DNA from: Thermoanaerobaculia bacterium
GTDB taxonomy: Bacteria > Acidobacteriota > Thermoanaerobaculia > Multivoradales > JAGPDF01
Reading direction: 5' to 3'
Length of the DNA stretch: 55,341 nucleotides
Assembly (NCBI GenBank): GCA_017998715.1
Contig: JAGOCP010000001.1
Span: forward strand, 31,900 to 87,240
In this document: positions 16,801 to 26,984 of the stretch, piece after piece
Position numbering within the stretch: the first letter of the stretch is position 1
Layout of the letters: every line of letters starts with the position of its first letter
Translations under genes and position numbers: made by a program
The notes under the pieces: generated by a model
Told to the model about the DNA's origin: nothing
Databases searched by the model: none
The model's input: only the letters and a program-made list of their open reading frames with translations

Positions 16801-17901
16801 ATGAGCAGCGACATCGTCGTGATCGGCGCCGGAATCCACGGCTGTGCGACCGCCCTGCGGCTGGCGCAGGCCGGCGCGCAGGTGACCGTCCTCGAACGCA
16901 GCGTCCCGGGCGCCGAGGCGTCGAGCGCCGCCGGCGGGATCCTCTCGCCCGGCGTCGAGGCGCAGCACGGCGGACCGCTCCTCGCGCTCGCCCAGGAATC
17001 GATGCGGCGCTGGCCGGGCTTCGCCGCCGAGCTCGAGGCTGCCACCGGCATCGACCTCGCCTATCGCACGCACGGCACCCTGCGCATCGTCTTCGGCGAA
17101 TCCGAGGCGGCGGTCTGGCGCGCTGATCTGCCCCGGCTCATCGGCCTCGGTGTCGCTGCCGAGTGGCTCGACGGCGCGGCGCTCTGCGCCCTCGAGCCGG
17201 CGCTCTCCACCGGGGCGAGTGGCGGCTTCCTCTTCCGCGACGAGGCGTGCCTCGATCCGAAACCACTCCTGCGCGCGCTTGTCGCCGCCGCGTCGGCCGC
17301 CGGAGTCCGTTTCCTCACCGGGCAGGTGCGGCGCATCGCCGTCGAGAACGGGCGCGTCGCCGGCGTCGATCACGTCTCGGGACGCCTCGACGCCGGGGCG
17401 GTGCTCCTCGCCGCCGGCGCCTGGGCCGGCCTCGTCGAGGGCAGCGGCCTGCCGGCGGGCGCCGTGCGACCGGTGCGCGGCCAGATGGTGGTCCTCGAGG
17501 CTCGCCCGGAGCTCGTCTCCCGCGTCGTTTTCTCGCCCAGGGGTTACCTCGTGCCGCGCCCCGACGGCCGGATCCTCTGCGGCTCGACGATGGAAGAGGC
17601 CGGCTTCACGAGGGTGGTCACGGCCTCCGGGATGCTCGGCATCCTCGGTATGGCGATCGAGACCGCCCCCGAGCTCGCTGCGGCGCCCGTCGTCGAATCG
17701 TGGTCGAACTTCCGTCCAGCCACGGCCGACGGCCTGCCGATTCTGGGAGCGGGAGCCGTTCCGGGCCTCTTCTACTCCACCGGCCACCACCGCCACGGCA
17801 TCCTGCTCGCCCCGGCGAGCGCCGACCTCGTCGCCGCGAGCCTCCTCGGCGAAGCGCCGGCGCTCGATCTCTCGCCTTACTCGGCGGCGCGGCTGGGCTG
17901 A
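16801..17901 (+). CDS. thiO: FAD-dependent oxidoreductase, glycine oxidase (ThiO)-like
   Basis: The internal ATG at 16801 gives MSSDIVVIGAGIHGCATALRLAQAGAQVTVLER, a GxGxxG dinucleotide fold. The length and the C-terminal HHRHGILLAP motif region fit the DAO/ThiO family. The exact substrate cannot be determined from sequence. Confidence 0.7.
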   Translation: MSSDIVVIGAGIHGCATALRLAQAGAQVTVLERSVPGAEASSAAGGILSPGVEAQHGGPLLALAQESMRRWPGFAAELEAATGIDLAYRTHGTLRIVFGESEAAVWRADLPRLIGLGVAAEWLDGAALCALEPALSTGASGGFLFRDEACLDPKPLLRALVAAASAAGVRFLTGQVRRIAVENGRVAGVDHVSGRLDAGAVLLAAGAWAGLVEGSGLPAGAVRPVRGQMVVLEARPELVSRVVFSPRGYLVPRPDGRILCGSTMEEAGFTRVVTASGMLGILGMAIETAPELAAAPVVESWSNFRPATADGLPILGAGAVPGLFYSTGHHRHGILLAPASADLVAASLLGEAPALDLSPYSAARLG

Positions 17902-17946
17902 AACCGGCAAGACACCAGGGCGCGGCCCGCGCTTTCGCCATCTCGC

Positions 17947-17960
17947 GTCCGAATTCGGAC
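17947..17960. repeat. Perfect 14-bp palindrome GTCCGAATTCGGAC upstream of uvrD
   Basis: Read directly from the sequence. Two further stem-loops flank it (17920-17932 and 17964-17982). Confidence 0.9.
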
Positions 17961-17986
17961 GATGCCGACTGGTAAAGTCGGCTGAG

Positions 17987-20185
<2,199 letters not shown>

Positions 20186-20194
20186 CCCGGCAGC

Positions 20195-20752
20195 TCAGGC
20201 GCGCTCGCGAGCCAGGAACTCGTCGCGCAGCAGGGCGTAGAGAAAGTTGTCGATCCGGCTGCCGTGGAGCGCGAAGTAGCTGCGCAGCCGGCCCTCGCGC
20301 AGGAAGCCGAGCTGCTCGAGCACGGCTGCCGAGCGGCCGTTCTCCACCGAACAGCGCGCCTCGAGGCGCTCGATGCCGACCGCCACGAAGAGCTCCGGCA
20401 GCAGCTGGCCGAGAGCCTCGGCCATCAGCCGCATGCCCTGATACTCGGTCGCGAGCGCGTAGCCGATCTCGGCCAGACCGTGCTCCCAGGAGAGAATCGC
20501 GAGCGTGATCCAGCCGGCCGACTCGCCGTCCACCATGACGATCCACTGGAAGCGCTCGCCGCGCCCGCGATAGAGGTCCTCCATGCGCTGGCGCGCGAGG
20601 TCCGCGCGGAGCTCGCCGGCGCTCGTCTCCTGCAGCGGCTGGTGGCGGCGCACCGACTCCTCCTGCCGCCAGGCGTAGAGGCTTCCGGCGTCGCCGGGAA
20701 GCGCGGCGCGGATCGCTACCCGTCGCGAGCGGGGTTCGCGGTTGGCCACCAT
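20195..20752 (-). CDS. GNAT family N-acetyltransferase (RimJ/RimL-like)
   Basis: The internal ATG at 20752 of ORF 20195..20851 is the likely start. ...GWITLAILSWEHGLAEIGYALATEYQGMRLMAEAL...LEARCSVENGRSAAVLEQLGFLREG shows the typical GNAT A/B motifs. Confidence 0.85.
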   Translation of the reverse strand: MVANREPRSRRVAIRAALPGDAGSLYAWRQEESVRRHQPLQETSAGELRADLARQRMEDLYRGRGERFQWIVMVDGESAGWITLAILSWEHGLAEIGYALATEYQGMRLMAEALGQLLPELFVAVGIERLEARCSVENGRSAAVLEQLGFLREGRLRSYFALHGSRIDNFLYALLRDEFLARERA

Positions 20753-20804
20753 GGCGACGATCCTATCCAAGCGCGCCCGATTCGGCGGCGTTGGTCGCGC
20801 GCTT

Positions 20805-20870
20805 CGGCACTCGAGGATAGGGGGCGGGCTCTTAGCAGGCGGGTCGCCCACCCCCTATCCTCGAGCGCCG
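20805..20870. repeat. 66-nt near-perfect hairpin/palindrome in the divergent GNAT-truA intergenic region
   Basis: The arms CTCGAGGATAGGGGG (20810-20824) and CCCCCTATCCTCGAG (20851-20865) are perfectly complementary over 15 bp. Inner (GGGC/GCCC) and outer (CGGC/GCCG) 4-bp extensions follow, each after a single A:C mismatch. The loop is 16 nt. Confidence 0.9.
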
Positions 20871-20895
20871 GCGCTCCGCGGTGTGACGTTCTTAG

Positions 20896-20946
20896 GGGAC
20901 AGTTGTTCGGGACAGTCACCGACGAGTGTCCCAAACGTGTGTCCCA
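20896..20946. repeat. Dyad array of four GGGACA hexamers: two direct, then two inverted, with a 13-bp period within each pair
   Basis: GGGACAGT at 20896 and 20909; GTGTCCCA at 20926 and 20939. The array is flanked by the 10-bp direct repeat CGGTGTGACG (20879-20888 and 20969-20978). Confidence 0.85.
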
Positions 20947-20972
20947 GGTCGGTCCTGAGGGATGATCCCGGT

Positions 20973-21779
20973 GTGACGAGTCTGCCGCCCTTCGTCGACG
21001 ACCGGCCGCGCGAGCACAGAGTGCCGGAGGGTCACTTCCGCTACCGTCTCGACATCGCCTATGTCGGCACGGAGTTCGGCGGCTGGCAGCGCCAGCCCAA
21101 TGCCGACACCGTGCAGGAGCGCGTCGAATCGGCGCTTTCCGGGTTGGTCGGCGAGCGTGTCGCGGTCGTCGGAGCGAGCCGCACGGACGCCGGCGTACAC
21201 GCCCGCGCCCAGGTGGCCCACGTCGATCTGGCGCGCCCGTTTTCGCTCAAGGGCCTGGTCTTCGGCACCAACCACCACCTGCCGCCCGCCATCCGTGTCC
21301 TCGCCGCCGGCCACGCGCCCGAGGGCTTCCACGCGCGCTTCTCCGCCTGCGCCAAGGAGTACGCCTACCGCCTGCGCCCGGGGCGACTGGTGCCCCCCGA
21401 CCTCGCACCGTTCGTCTGTCTCGTGCCGGAACGGCTCGACCTCGAGCGCCTGCAGGCCGCCACCCTGCGGCTACCCGGCCGGCACGACTTCTCCTGCTTC
21501 GCCCTCGCCGGCGGCAGCCACAGCTCGCCGGTCCGCACCCTGTTTCGCGCCGCCTGGGCCGAGGAGGCGACCGGTCTCACCCTGCGGATCACCGGCGACG
21601 GCTTCCTGCGCGGCATGGTGCGCGGTCTCGTGGGGACCCTGCTCGAAGTGGCGCTCGGCCAGCGCTCACCGGCCGGGTTCGAAAGCCTCCTCGCCGGCGG
21701 TGAACGCGGCGCCGCCGGGCCGACGGCGCCGGCGCATGCGCTCAGCCTCGAGCGCATCGACTACCCGACCCGCTTCTGA
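20973..21779 (+). CDS. truA: tRNA pseudouridine(38-40) synthase TruA
   Basis: YRLDIAYVGTEFGGWQRQ...VVGASRTDAGVHA (catalytic Asp) ...LRGMVRGLVG. The start is uncertain: in-frame GTGs at 20973 and 21021 are both plausible. The track's 20742 start would overlap the GNAT gene start. Confidence 0.88.
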   Translation: MTSLPPFVDDRPREHRVPEGHFRYRLDIAYVGTEFGGWQRQPNADTVQERVESALSGLVGERVAVVGASRTDAGVHARAQVAHVDLARPFSLKGLVFGTNHHLPPAIRVLAAGHAPEGFHARFSACAKEYAYRLRPGRLVPPDLAPFVCLVPERLDLERLQAATLRLPGRHDFSCFALAGGSHSSPVRTLFRAAWAEEATGLTLRITGDGFLRGMVRGLVGTLLEVALGQRSPAGFESLLAGGERGAAGPTAPAHALSLERIDYPTRF

Positions 21780-21825
21780 TTCCGCCGCGGGCCCGCCGGC
21801 CGCGCGCTGTGGTAGCTTGGCTCGA

Positions 21826-22674
21826 ATGTCCGAACCGTCGCTCCTGGTCGAACCCGGATCGCTGGAAGAGACCCTGCTGCGCCGGATCGACCGCGGCCGG
21901 CTGCCCCGCCACATCGCCATCATCATGGACGGCAACGGGCGCTGGGCCGGGAAGCGCTTTCTGCCACGCATCGAAGGCCACCGCGCCGGCGTCTCCGCGG
22001 TGCGCGAGACCGTCGAGAGCGCTGCCCGGCTGGGCGTCGAGGTCCTGACGCTCTACGCCTTCTCGGTCGAGAACTGGAAGCGGCCGCGGCACGAGGTCTG
22101 GACGCTCATGAACCTCCTCAAGGAGTTTCTGCGGCGCGAGATCCGCACCCTGGTCGACAACGACATCCGGCTGAACATTCTCGGCCGCTGGCGCGAGCTC
22201 GACCCCTCGGTGGTCGCGACGCTCGAAGAGGGGTTGGCGAAAACCGCCCACGGACGGCGCATGGTGTTCAACATCGCGCTCAACTACTCCGGACGATGCG
22301 AGCTGGTCGACGCCTGCCGCAAGCTGGTCGCGAGCTCGGCAGCGCACCCGGACAGGGTGATCGACGAGGCGGCGATCGCCAGCGCGCTCGAGACCGCTGG
22401 CCAGCCCGATCCCGACCTCCTCATTCGCACCTCGGGCGAAATGCGGGTGTCGAATTTCCTGCTCTGGCAGATCGCCTACTCGGAGATCGTCGTCACCCCG
22501 ACCCTCTGGCCCGACTTCCGGCTGCAGCACCTGCTCGAGGCGATCGTCGCCTTCCAGAGCCGCGAGCGCCGCTTCGGCGGCATCGAGCCGGAGAACGGCG
22601 CCGCGTCTGCCGAACCGTCAGGCGAGGCCCTGAGATCCGCCTCGGCGGCCGCGCACAACTCGACCAAGAGCTGA
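21826..22674 (+). CDS. uppS: Isoprenyl transferase (undecaprenyl diphosphate synthase)
   Basis: In-frame ATG at 21826. HIAIIMDGNGRWA...GHRAG...LTLYAFSVENWKRP...RTSGEMRVSNFLLWQIAYSE are hallmark cis-prenyltransferase motifs. Confidence 0.95.
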   Translation: MSEPSLLVEPGSLEETLLRRIDRGRLPRHIAIIMDGNGRWAGKRFLPRIEGHRAGVSAVRETVESAARLGVEVLTLYAFSVENWKRPRHEVWTLMNLLKEFLRREIRTLVDNDIRLNILGRWRELDPSVVATLEEGLAKTAHGRRMVFNIALNYSGRCELVDACRKLVASSAAHPDRVIDEAAIASALETAGQPDPDLLIRTSGEMRVSNFLLWQIAYSEIVVTPTLWPDFRLQHLLEAIVAFQSRERRFGGIEPENGAASAEPSGEALRSASAAAHNSTKS

Positions 22675-22699
22675 CCCCCGAGAGCTCCGGATCCGATCG

Positions 22700-23530
22700 A
22701 TGAAACGCCTCCTCACCGCAGCGATCGGTGTGCCCGCCGCGCTCTTCGCGGTCTTCCGCTTTCCCGAGTGGGCTTTTCTGCTCCTTCTCCTGGTGGTCTT
22801 CGAGTGGGCGGCGATCGAGTTCCTCGCCATGGTCCGACCGCTCGCGCCGGAGGCCCCTTGGAGGCTCCTCCTGGTGAGCGCTCCGCTCGCCGCGGTGGCC
22901 ATCGAGCGCGGACTCTCGGCGGGCCTCTCCCGCGGACTCGCGCTCGACGCGCACTGGTTGCTGCTGCTCGCTTCCGCGATCGCCATCGTGCCTCCGGTAG
23001 CGGTGCTGCTGGCCCGCACGCCGATCGAGCAGACGATCCCGGCGACCGCGATTCTCGCCTGGGGCACGCTCTATTTCGCGGCGCCCGTGGCCAGTCTCGT
23101 TCTGCTGCAGCAGCTGGATCCGTGGATCTTCTTCCTGCTTCTGGCCATCGTCTGGCTCGGCGACACCGCGGCCTACTACGTCGGCTCGGCGTGGGGCAGG
23201 CACCGTCTCGCTCCGGTCGTGTCGCCGAAGAAGTCGTGGGAAGGCGCGATTGCCGGTCTCGCAACTTCGCTCGCTGCGACCGCGATCTGGTCGCTGTGGA
23301 GGCTGGACGCCGTCGATCCGGCGCTACTCGCCGTCGCCCTCGCGACCGCGATCGCCAGCCAGTTGGGCGATCTGGTCGAGTCGCTGGTCAAGCGCGCCGC
23401 GAACGTCAAGGACTCCGGCGCCATCCTGCCCGGCCACGGCGGAATGTTCGACCGCTTCGATGCCATGTTCCTGGCGGCGCCGGTCATGCTCCTCGGGCTC
23501 TGGATCGCCGGCTTCGAGCTCGCGCGATGA
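22700..23530 (+). CDS. cdsA: Phosphatidate cytidylyltransferase
   Basis: 276-aa polytopic ORF. The C-terminal signature SPKKSWEG...SQLGDLVESLVKRAANVKDSGAILPGHGGMFDRFD is present. Confidence 0.93.
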   Translation: MKRLLTAAIGVPAALFAVFRFPEWAFLLLLLVVFEWAAIEFLAMVRPLAPEAPWRLLLVSAPLAAVAIERGLSAGLSRGLALDAHWLLLLASAIAIVPPVAVLLARTPIEQTIPATAILAWGTLYFAAPVASLVLLQQLDPWIFFLLLAIVWLGDTAAYYVGSAWGRHRLAPVVSPKKSWEGAIAGLATSLAATAIWSLWRLDAVDPALLAVALATAIASQLGDLVESLVKRAANVKDSGAILPGHGGMFDRFDAMFLAAPVMLLGLWIAGFELAR

Positions 23531-24696
23531 TCCAGCGCCTCGCGCTTCTCGGTGCCACCGGCTCGATCGGTGCCAGCACGCTCGAGGTCGTGCGGCACCA
23601 TCCCGACCGCCTCGCCATCGCCACCCTCGGCGCCCAGGGCAGGAACCCCGACGCGCTCCTCGCTCTCGCCCGCGAGTTCCGCCCGCGGCTGCTCGCCGTG
23701 GGCGACCCGGAGGTAGCGCGCGCGCTCCGGTCGCAGATGCCGCCCGGCGTCGAGCTCGCGGGCGGCCCCGAGGCGCTCGTCGCCGCTGCCGCGCACCCCG
23801 AGGTGGACAAGGTCGTGGCGGCGATCGTCGGCGCGGCGGGCCTCCGGCCGGTCGCCGCGGCGCTGGCGGCGGGCAAGCCCGTGGCGCTCGCCAACAAGGA
23901 GTCGCTGGTCGTCGCCGGCCGCCTGCTGACCGACCTCGCGCGCCGCACCGGCGCTGCGATCGTGCCGATCGACAGCGAGCACGTGGCGCTGCACCAGGCG
24001 CTGCGCGCGGGGAGCCGCGAAGAGGTTCGCCGGCTGGTCCTGACCGCCTCTGGCGGACCCTTCCTGCATCGCGATCCGGCGACCTTCGCCAGCATTCGCC
24101 GGGAGGAGGCGCTGCGCCACCCCACCTGGTCGATGGGCGCCAAGATCAGCATCGACTCCTCCACCCTGATCAACAAAGGGCTCGAGTTGATCGAGGCCTC
24201 GCATCTGTTCGGCATCCCGCCGGGCGCCATCGACGTGGTCATTCATCCGCGCTCGCTGGTGCACTCGCTGGTCGAGTTCCGGGACGGCTCCTGGCTCGCC
24301 CAGCTGTCGCGCAACGACATGATCTTCCCGATCCAGTACGCGCTCGCCTATCCCGAGCGCTGGACGAACGAGTTTCCCCGCCTCGAGCTCGCCGAGCTCG
24401 GCACGCTCGAGTTCCTGCCCCTCGACAATCTCCGCTTCCCGGCGGTCGAGCTGGCGCGTGCCACCCTGGCGGCCGGCGAGAGTGCGCCGGCGGTACTCAA
24501 CGCGGTCAACGAGGTCGCGGTGCACGCCTTCCTCGACGGCGAAATTGCCTACCCGGAAATCCTCGCGACGATCTCGGAAGTGCTCGCCAGCCACCGCCCC
24601 GAAGCGCTCGCCGACCTCGATGCGGCGCTCGAATGGGATCGCTGGGGGCGCCAGCGCGCCGGGGAGGTGCTTTCCAAGCGCCGGCGGGCGCGATAG
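23527..24696 (+). CDS. dxr: 1-deoxy-D-xylulose-5-phosphate reductoisomerase
   Basis: The ATG at 23527 overlaps the cdsA stop (ATGA). LALLGATGSIGASTLEVV...LANKESLV...DSEH...LTASGGPF... are Dxr signatures. Confidence 0.95.
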   Translation: MIQRLALLGATGSIGASTLEVVRHHPDRLAIATLGAQGRNPDALLALAREFRPRLLAVGDPEVARALRSQMPPGVELAGGPEALVAAAAHPEVDKVVAAIVGAAGLRPVAAALAAGKPVALANKESLVVAGRLLTDLARRTGAAIVPIDSEHVALHQALRAGSREEVRRLVLTASGGPFLHRDPATFASIRREEALRHPTWSMGAKISIDSSTLINKGLELIEASHLFGIPPGAIDVVIHPRSLVHSLVEFRDGSWLAQLSRNDMIFPIQYALAYPERWTNEFPRLELAELGTLEFLPLDNLRFPAVELARATLAAGESAPAVLNAVNEVAVHAFLDGEIAYPEILATISEVLASHRPEALADLDAALEWDRWGRQRAGEVLSKRRRAR

Positions 24697-24710
24697 TCTC
24701 CGGCGCCCCC

Positions 24711-26012
24711 ATGCTCCACCTCGCCTCCAACACCGCTGCCTTCATTTTCGCCCTCGGCGTCATCATCTTCGTTCACGAAGCCGGCCACCTTCTGGTCGCC
24801 AAGGCCTTCGGCATGAAGGTGCTCGCCTTCTCGCTCGGCTTCGGCAAGCGCCTGTTCGGGTGGAAGGTCGGAGAGACCGACTACCGCATCTCGCTCGTTC
24901 CGCTGGGCGGCTACGTCAAGCTCTCCGGCGAGGAGCCGGGCGAATCGACCGACGACCCGCGCGACTTCCTCAACCAGCCGCGGTGGCAGCGCATCCTGGT
25001 CTACCTCGCCGGCCCGCTGATGAACGGAGCGCTCTCGATCCTGCTCATCGCCGGCCTGTTCATGGTCGGCATCGAAGTGCCGGCGCTGCAGAGTGTGCCG
25101 TCGGTCATTGGCACCGTGGAGGCCGGCTCGCCCGGCGCCGCCGCAGGACTCGAGCCCGGCGACGAGATCGTCGCCATCGACGGCAAAGAGGTGAGCCGCT
25201 GGCAGGACGTCGCTTTCGCCGTCCTTACCGGCATCGGCAAGCCGCTCGAGTTCGAGGTCGAGCGCGACGGCGCGCGCAGCCGGATGCGCGTCACGCCGGA
25301 GAAGCCGGCCGATTTCGACTTCGGCGACGCCGGTATCTACCCCAAGCTCCTGCCGCGGATCGGCGACATCGTCGCTGGCGGACCGGCGGAAGCCGCCGGA
25401 TTCAAGCTCCACGACGAAGTGCGCAGCGTCGACGGCCGGCCGCTGGGGAGCCCGGGCGACTTCGTCGACTACATCGAGCAGCACACCGGCAAGTCGGTCG
25501 TGGTCGAGGTTCTGCGCGACGGCGTGCTGACCCGGCTCGATGTCGTTCCGGCCGACCAGGGGGGCAAGGGCCGTATCGGCGTGCGCCTGACCGTCGCCCA
25601 GCGCTATCCGCCGCTCGCCGCCCTGCGCGAAAGCGTACGGTTCAACTACGACATCGCCGCGCAGACGCTGGCGGTGATCGGCAAGATCTTCAAGCGCGAG
25701 GTGGCAGCGAAGAGCGCCCTTGCCGGCCCGATCGAGATCGCCGCCCAGTCGGGCGCCGCGGCGCGCACCGGCTTCAAGAACCTGCTCTACCTCATGGGCG
25801 TGCTGAGCCTGTCGATCGGACTGCTCAATCTCTTCCCGATCCCGGTACTCGACGGCGGCCAGATCACCATCCTGCTGGTCGAGAGCGCCATGCGGCGCGA
25901 CCTTTCGATGGCGGTCAAGGAGCGCATCGCCCAGGTGGGGCTCGCGCTCGTCGTCCTGCTCATGGTCACGGTCCTCTACTTCGACCTGTCGAAGAATCTG
26001 TTCGGCAAGTAG
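24711..26012 (+). CDS. rseP: RIP metalloprotease RseP (site-2 protease, M50)
   Basis: In-frame ATG at 24711. It has the HEAGH zinc motif in the first TM (IIFVHEAGHLLVAKAF), PDZ-like middle regions, and the C-terminal NLFPIPVLDGG motif. Confidence 0.95.
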   Translation: MLHLASNTAAFIFALGVIIFVHEAGHLLVAKAFGMKVLAFSLGFGKRLFGWKVGETDYRISLVPLGGYVKLSGEEPGESTDDPRDFLNQPRWQRILVYLAGPLMNGALSILLIAGLFMVGIEVPALQSVPSVIGTVEAGSPGAAAGLEPGDEIVAIDGKEVSRWQDVAFAVLTGIGKPLEFEVERDGARSRMRVTPEKPADFDFGDAGIYPKLLPRIGDIVAGGPAEAAGFKLHDEVRSVDGRPLGSPGDFVDYIEQHTGKSVVVEVLRDGVLTRLDVVPADQGGKGRIGVRLTVAQRYPPLAALRESVRFNYDIAAQTLAVIGKIFKREVAAKSALAGPIEIAAQSGAAARTGFKNLLYLMGVLSLSIGLLNLFPIPVLDGGQITILLVESAMRRDLSMAVKERIAQVGLALVVLLMVTVLYFDLSKNLFGK

Positions 26013-26026
26013 CTTCCGCCCCGCCG

Positions 26027-26920
26027 CTAGAGCAACCCGCGCAGCACGGCGAGATCGCGCGCGTGCCCCTGCTCGTCGTCGCCGAACGGCGTCTCGAGGA
26101 TCATCGGCGCATGGCCGAAGCGCGGCTCGGCGAGCAGCCTGCGGAAGGGCTCGACCCCGAGAAGCCCTTCACCCAGATTGGCGTGGCGGTCCTTGCGCGA
26201 CCCGAGCGCTCCGACCGAGTCGTTCAAGTGCACGCAGCCGACGAGGCCGAAGCCGATCTCGGCATCGAGCTCAGCGAGGAAATCGTCCCAGCCGGCGGGG
26301 CTGTCGATCGCGTACCCGGCGGCGAAGGCGTGGCAGGTGTCGAGGCAGACGCCGAGGCGCTCCCGGCTCTCCGCCTGCGCCCGGATCGCGGCGAGGTGCT
26401 CCAGGCGGCTGCCGAGCACTGTGCCCTGGCCGGCGGTGATCTCGAGCAGAATCCGCGTCGGGCAGCTGCCGACCTCGGTCGCGACGGCGTCGAGCGAGCG
26501 GGCAATCGCCGTCAGTCCCGCTTCGACGCCGGTTCCCAGATGCGCCCCGGGGTGGACCACCAGCGCGGTGACTCCGAGCGCCTCGCAGCGCCGCAGCTCG
26601 TCGGCAAGGGCGGCGCGCGACTTCGCGAGGATCTGCGGATCCGGGGCAGCGAGATTGATGAGGTACGCCGCGTGCGCGACGACCGGCCCGATCGCGCTCG
26701 CTGCGTGCGCGGCGCGAAAAGCCTGCGCATCCTCCGCAGCGAGCGGCTTGCTCTGCCACTGGCTCGGGCTCTTGACGAAGATCTGCAGCGCTTCGCAGGC
26801 GAGGCCGGTGCCACGCCGGAGGCCTTCGACGAACCCTCCGGCAACCGAGACGTGCGCGCCGAGCAGCGGGGACTGTCCCCGCTTCCCTGGGGACGGTCCC
26901 CGATTCTCTGTCGCTTTCAT
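26027..26920 (-). CDS. nfo: Deoxyribonuclease IV (endonuclease IV)
   Basis: LLGAHVSVAGGF...ALQIFVKSPSQW...VVHPG...CLDTCHAFAAGY...VHLNDS.. are Nfo/AP-endonuclease-2 motifs. The 20-residue extension before GAHVS (MKATENRGPSPGKRGQSPLL) is encoded by two palindromes, so the true start is uncertain. Confidence 0.9.
   Translation of the reverse strand: MKATENRGPSPGKRGQSPLLGAHVSVAGGFVEGLRRGTGLACEALQIFVKSPSQWQSKPLAAEDAQAFRAAHAASAIGPVVAHAAYLINLAAPDPQILAKSRAALADELRRCEALGVTALVVHPGAHLGTGVEAGLTAIARSLDAVATEVGSCPTRILLEITAGQGTVLGSRLEHLAAIRAQAESRERLGVCLDTCHAFAAGYAIDSPAGWDDFLAELDAEIGFGLVGCVHLNDSVGALGSRKDRHANLGEGLLGVEPFRRLLAEPRFGHAPMILETPFGDDEQGHARDLAVLRGLL
26868..26901. repeat. Two 13-bp palindromes GGGGAC-N-GTCCCC, 21 bp apart, at the 5' end of nfo
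   Basis: GGGGACTGTCCCC (26868-26880) and GGGGACGGTCCCC (26889-26901). They lie inside or just upstream of the N-terminal extension of the annotated nfo ORF. Confidence 0.9.
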
Positions 26921-26984
26921 GGCCGCACTCTAACCGCAGCGCAGGCCGGTTCGGCCACCATACGCCTGCTAGACTGCGCGCACC

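Noticed and set aside
17150-17986. Long N-terminal extensions in the track (uvrD 1011 aa, dxr 642 aa, rseP 920 aa, uppS 537 aa, folC 694 aa, truA 345 aa)
   Set aside because: The extensions read through the preceding gene in another frame and are Arg/Pro/Ser-rich. Internal starts with SD sequences, or start/stop overlaps, give proteins that begin where the family normally begins.
20805-20870. The long hairpin as an SRP (4.5S) RNA, tRNA-like or other known ncRNA
   Set aside because: It lacks the GGAAGGAAGCAG-type helix-8 motif, despite a fortuitous AGCAGG in the loop. It has no cloverleaf potential, and the perfectly complementary arms are atypical of conserved structured RNAs. I kept it as an unexplained repeat instead.
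26947-26975. Leaderless-mRNA promoter for the PASTA gene (TAGACT 9 nt before GTG 26985), and a recurrent TAGACT/TAGAAC -10 theme
   Set aside because: No acceptable -35 element lies at 16-18 nt. Three loose hexamer matches in a 55-kb window are not statistically meaningful without a genome-wide count.
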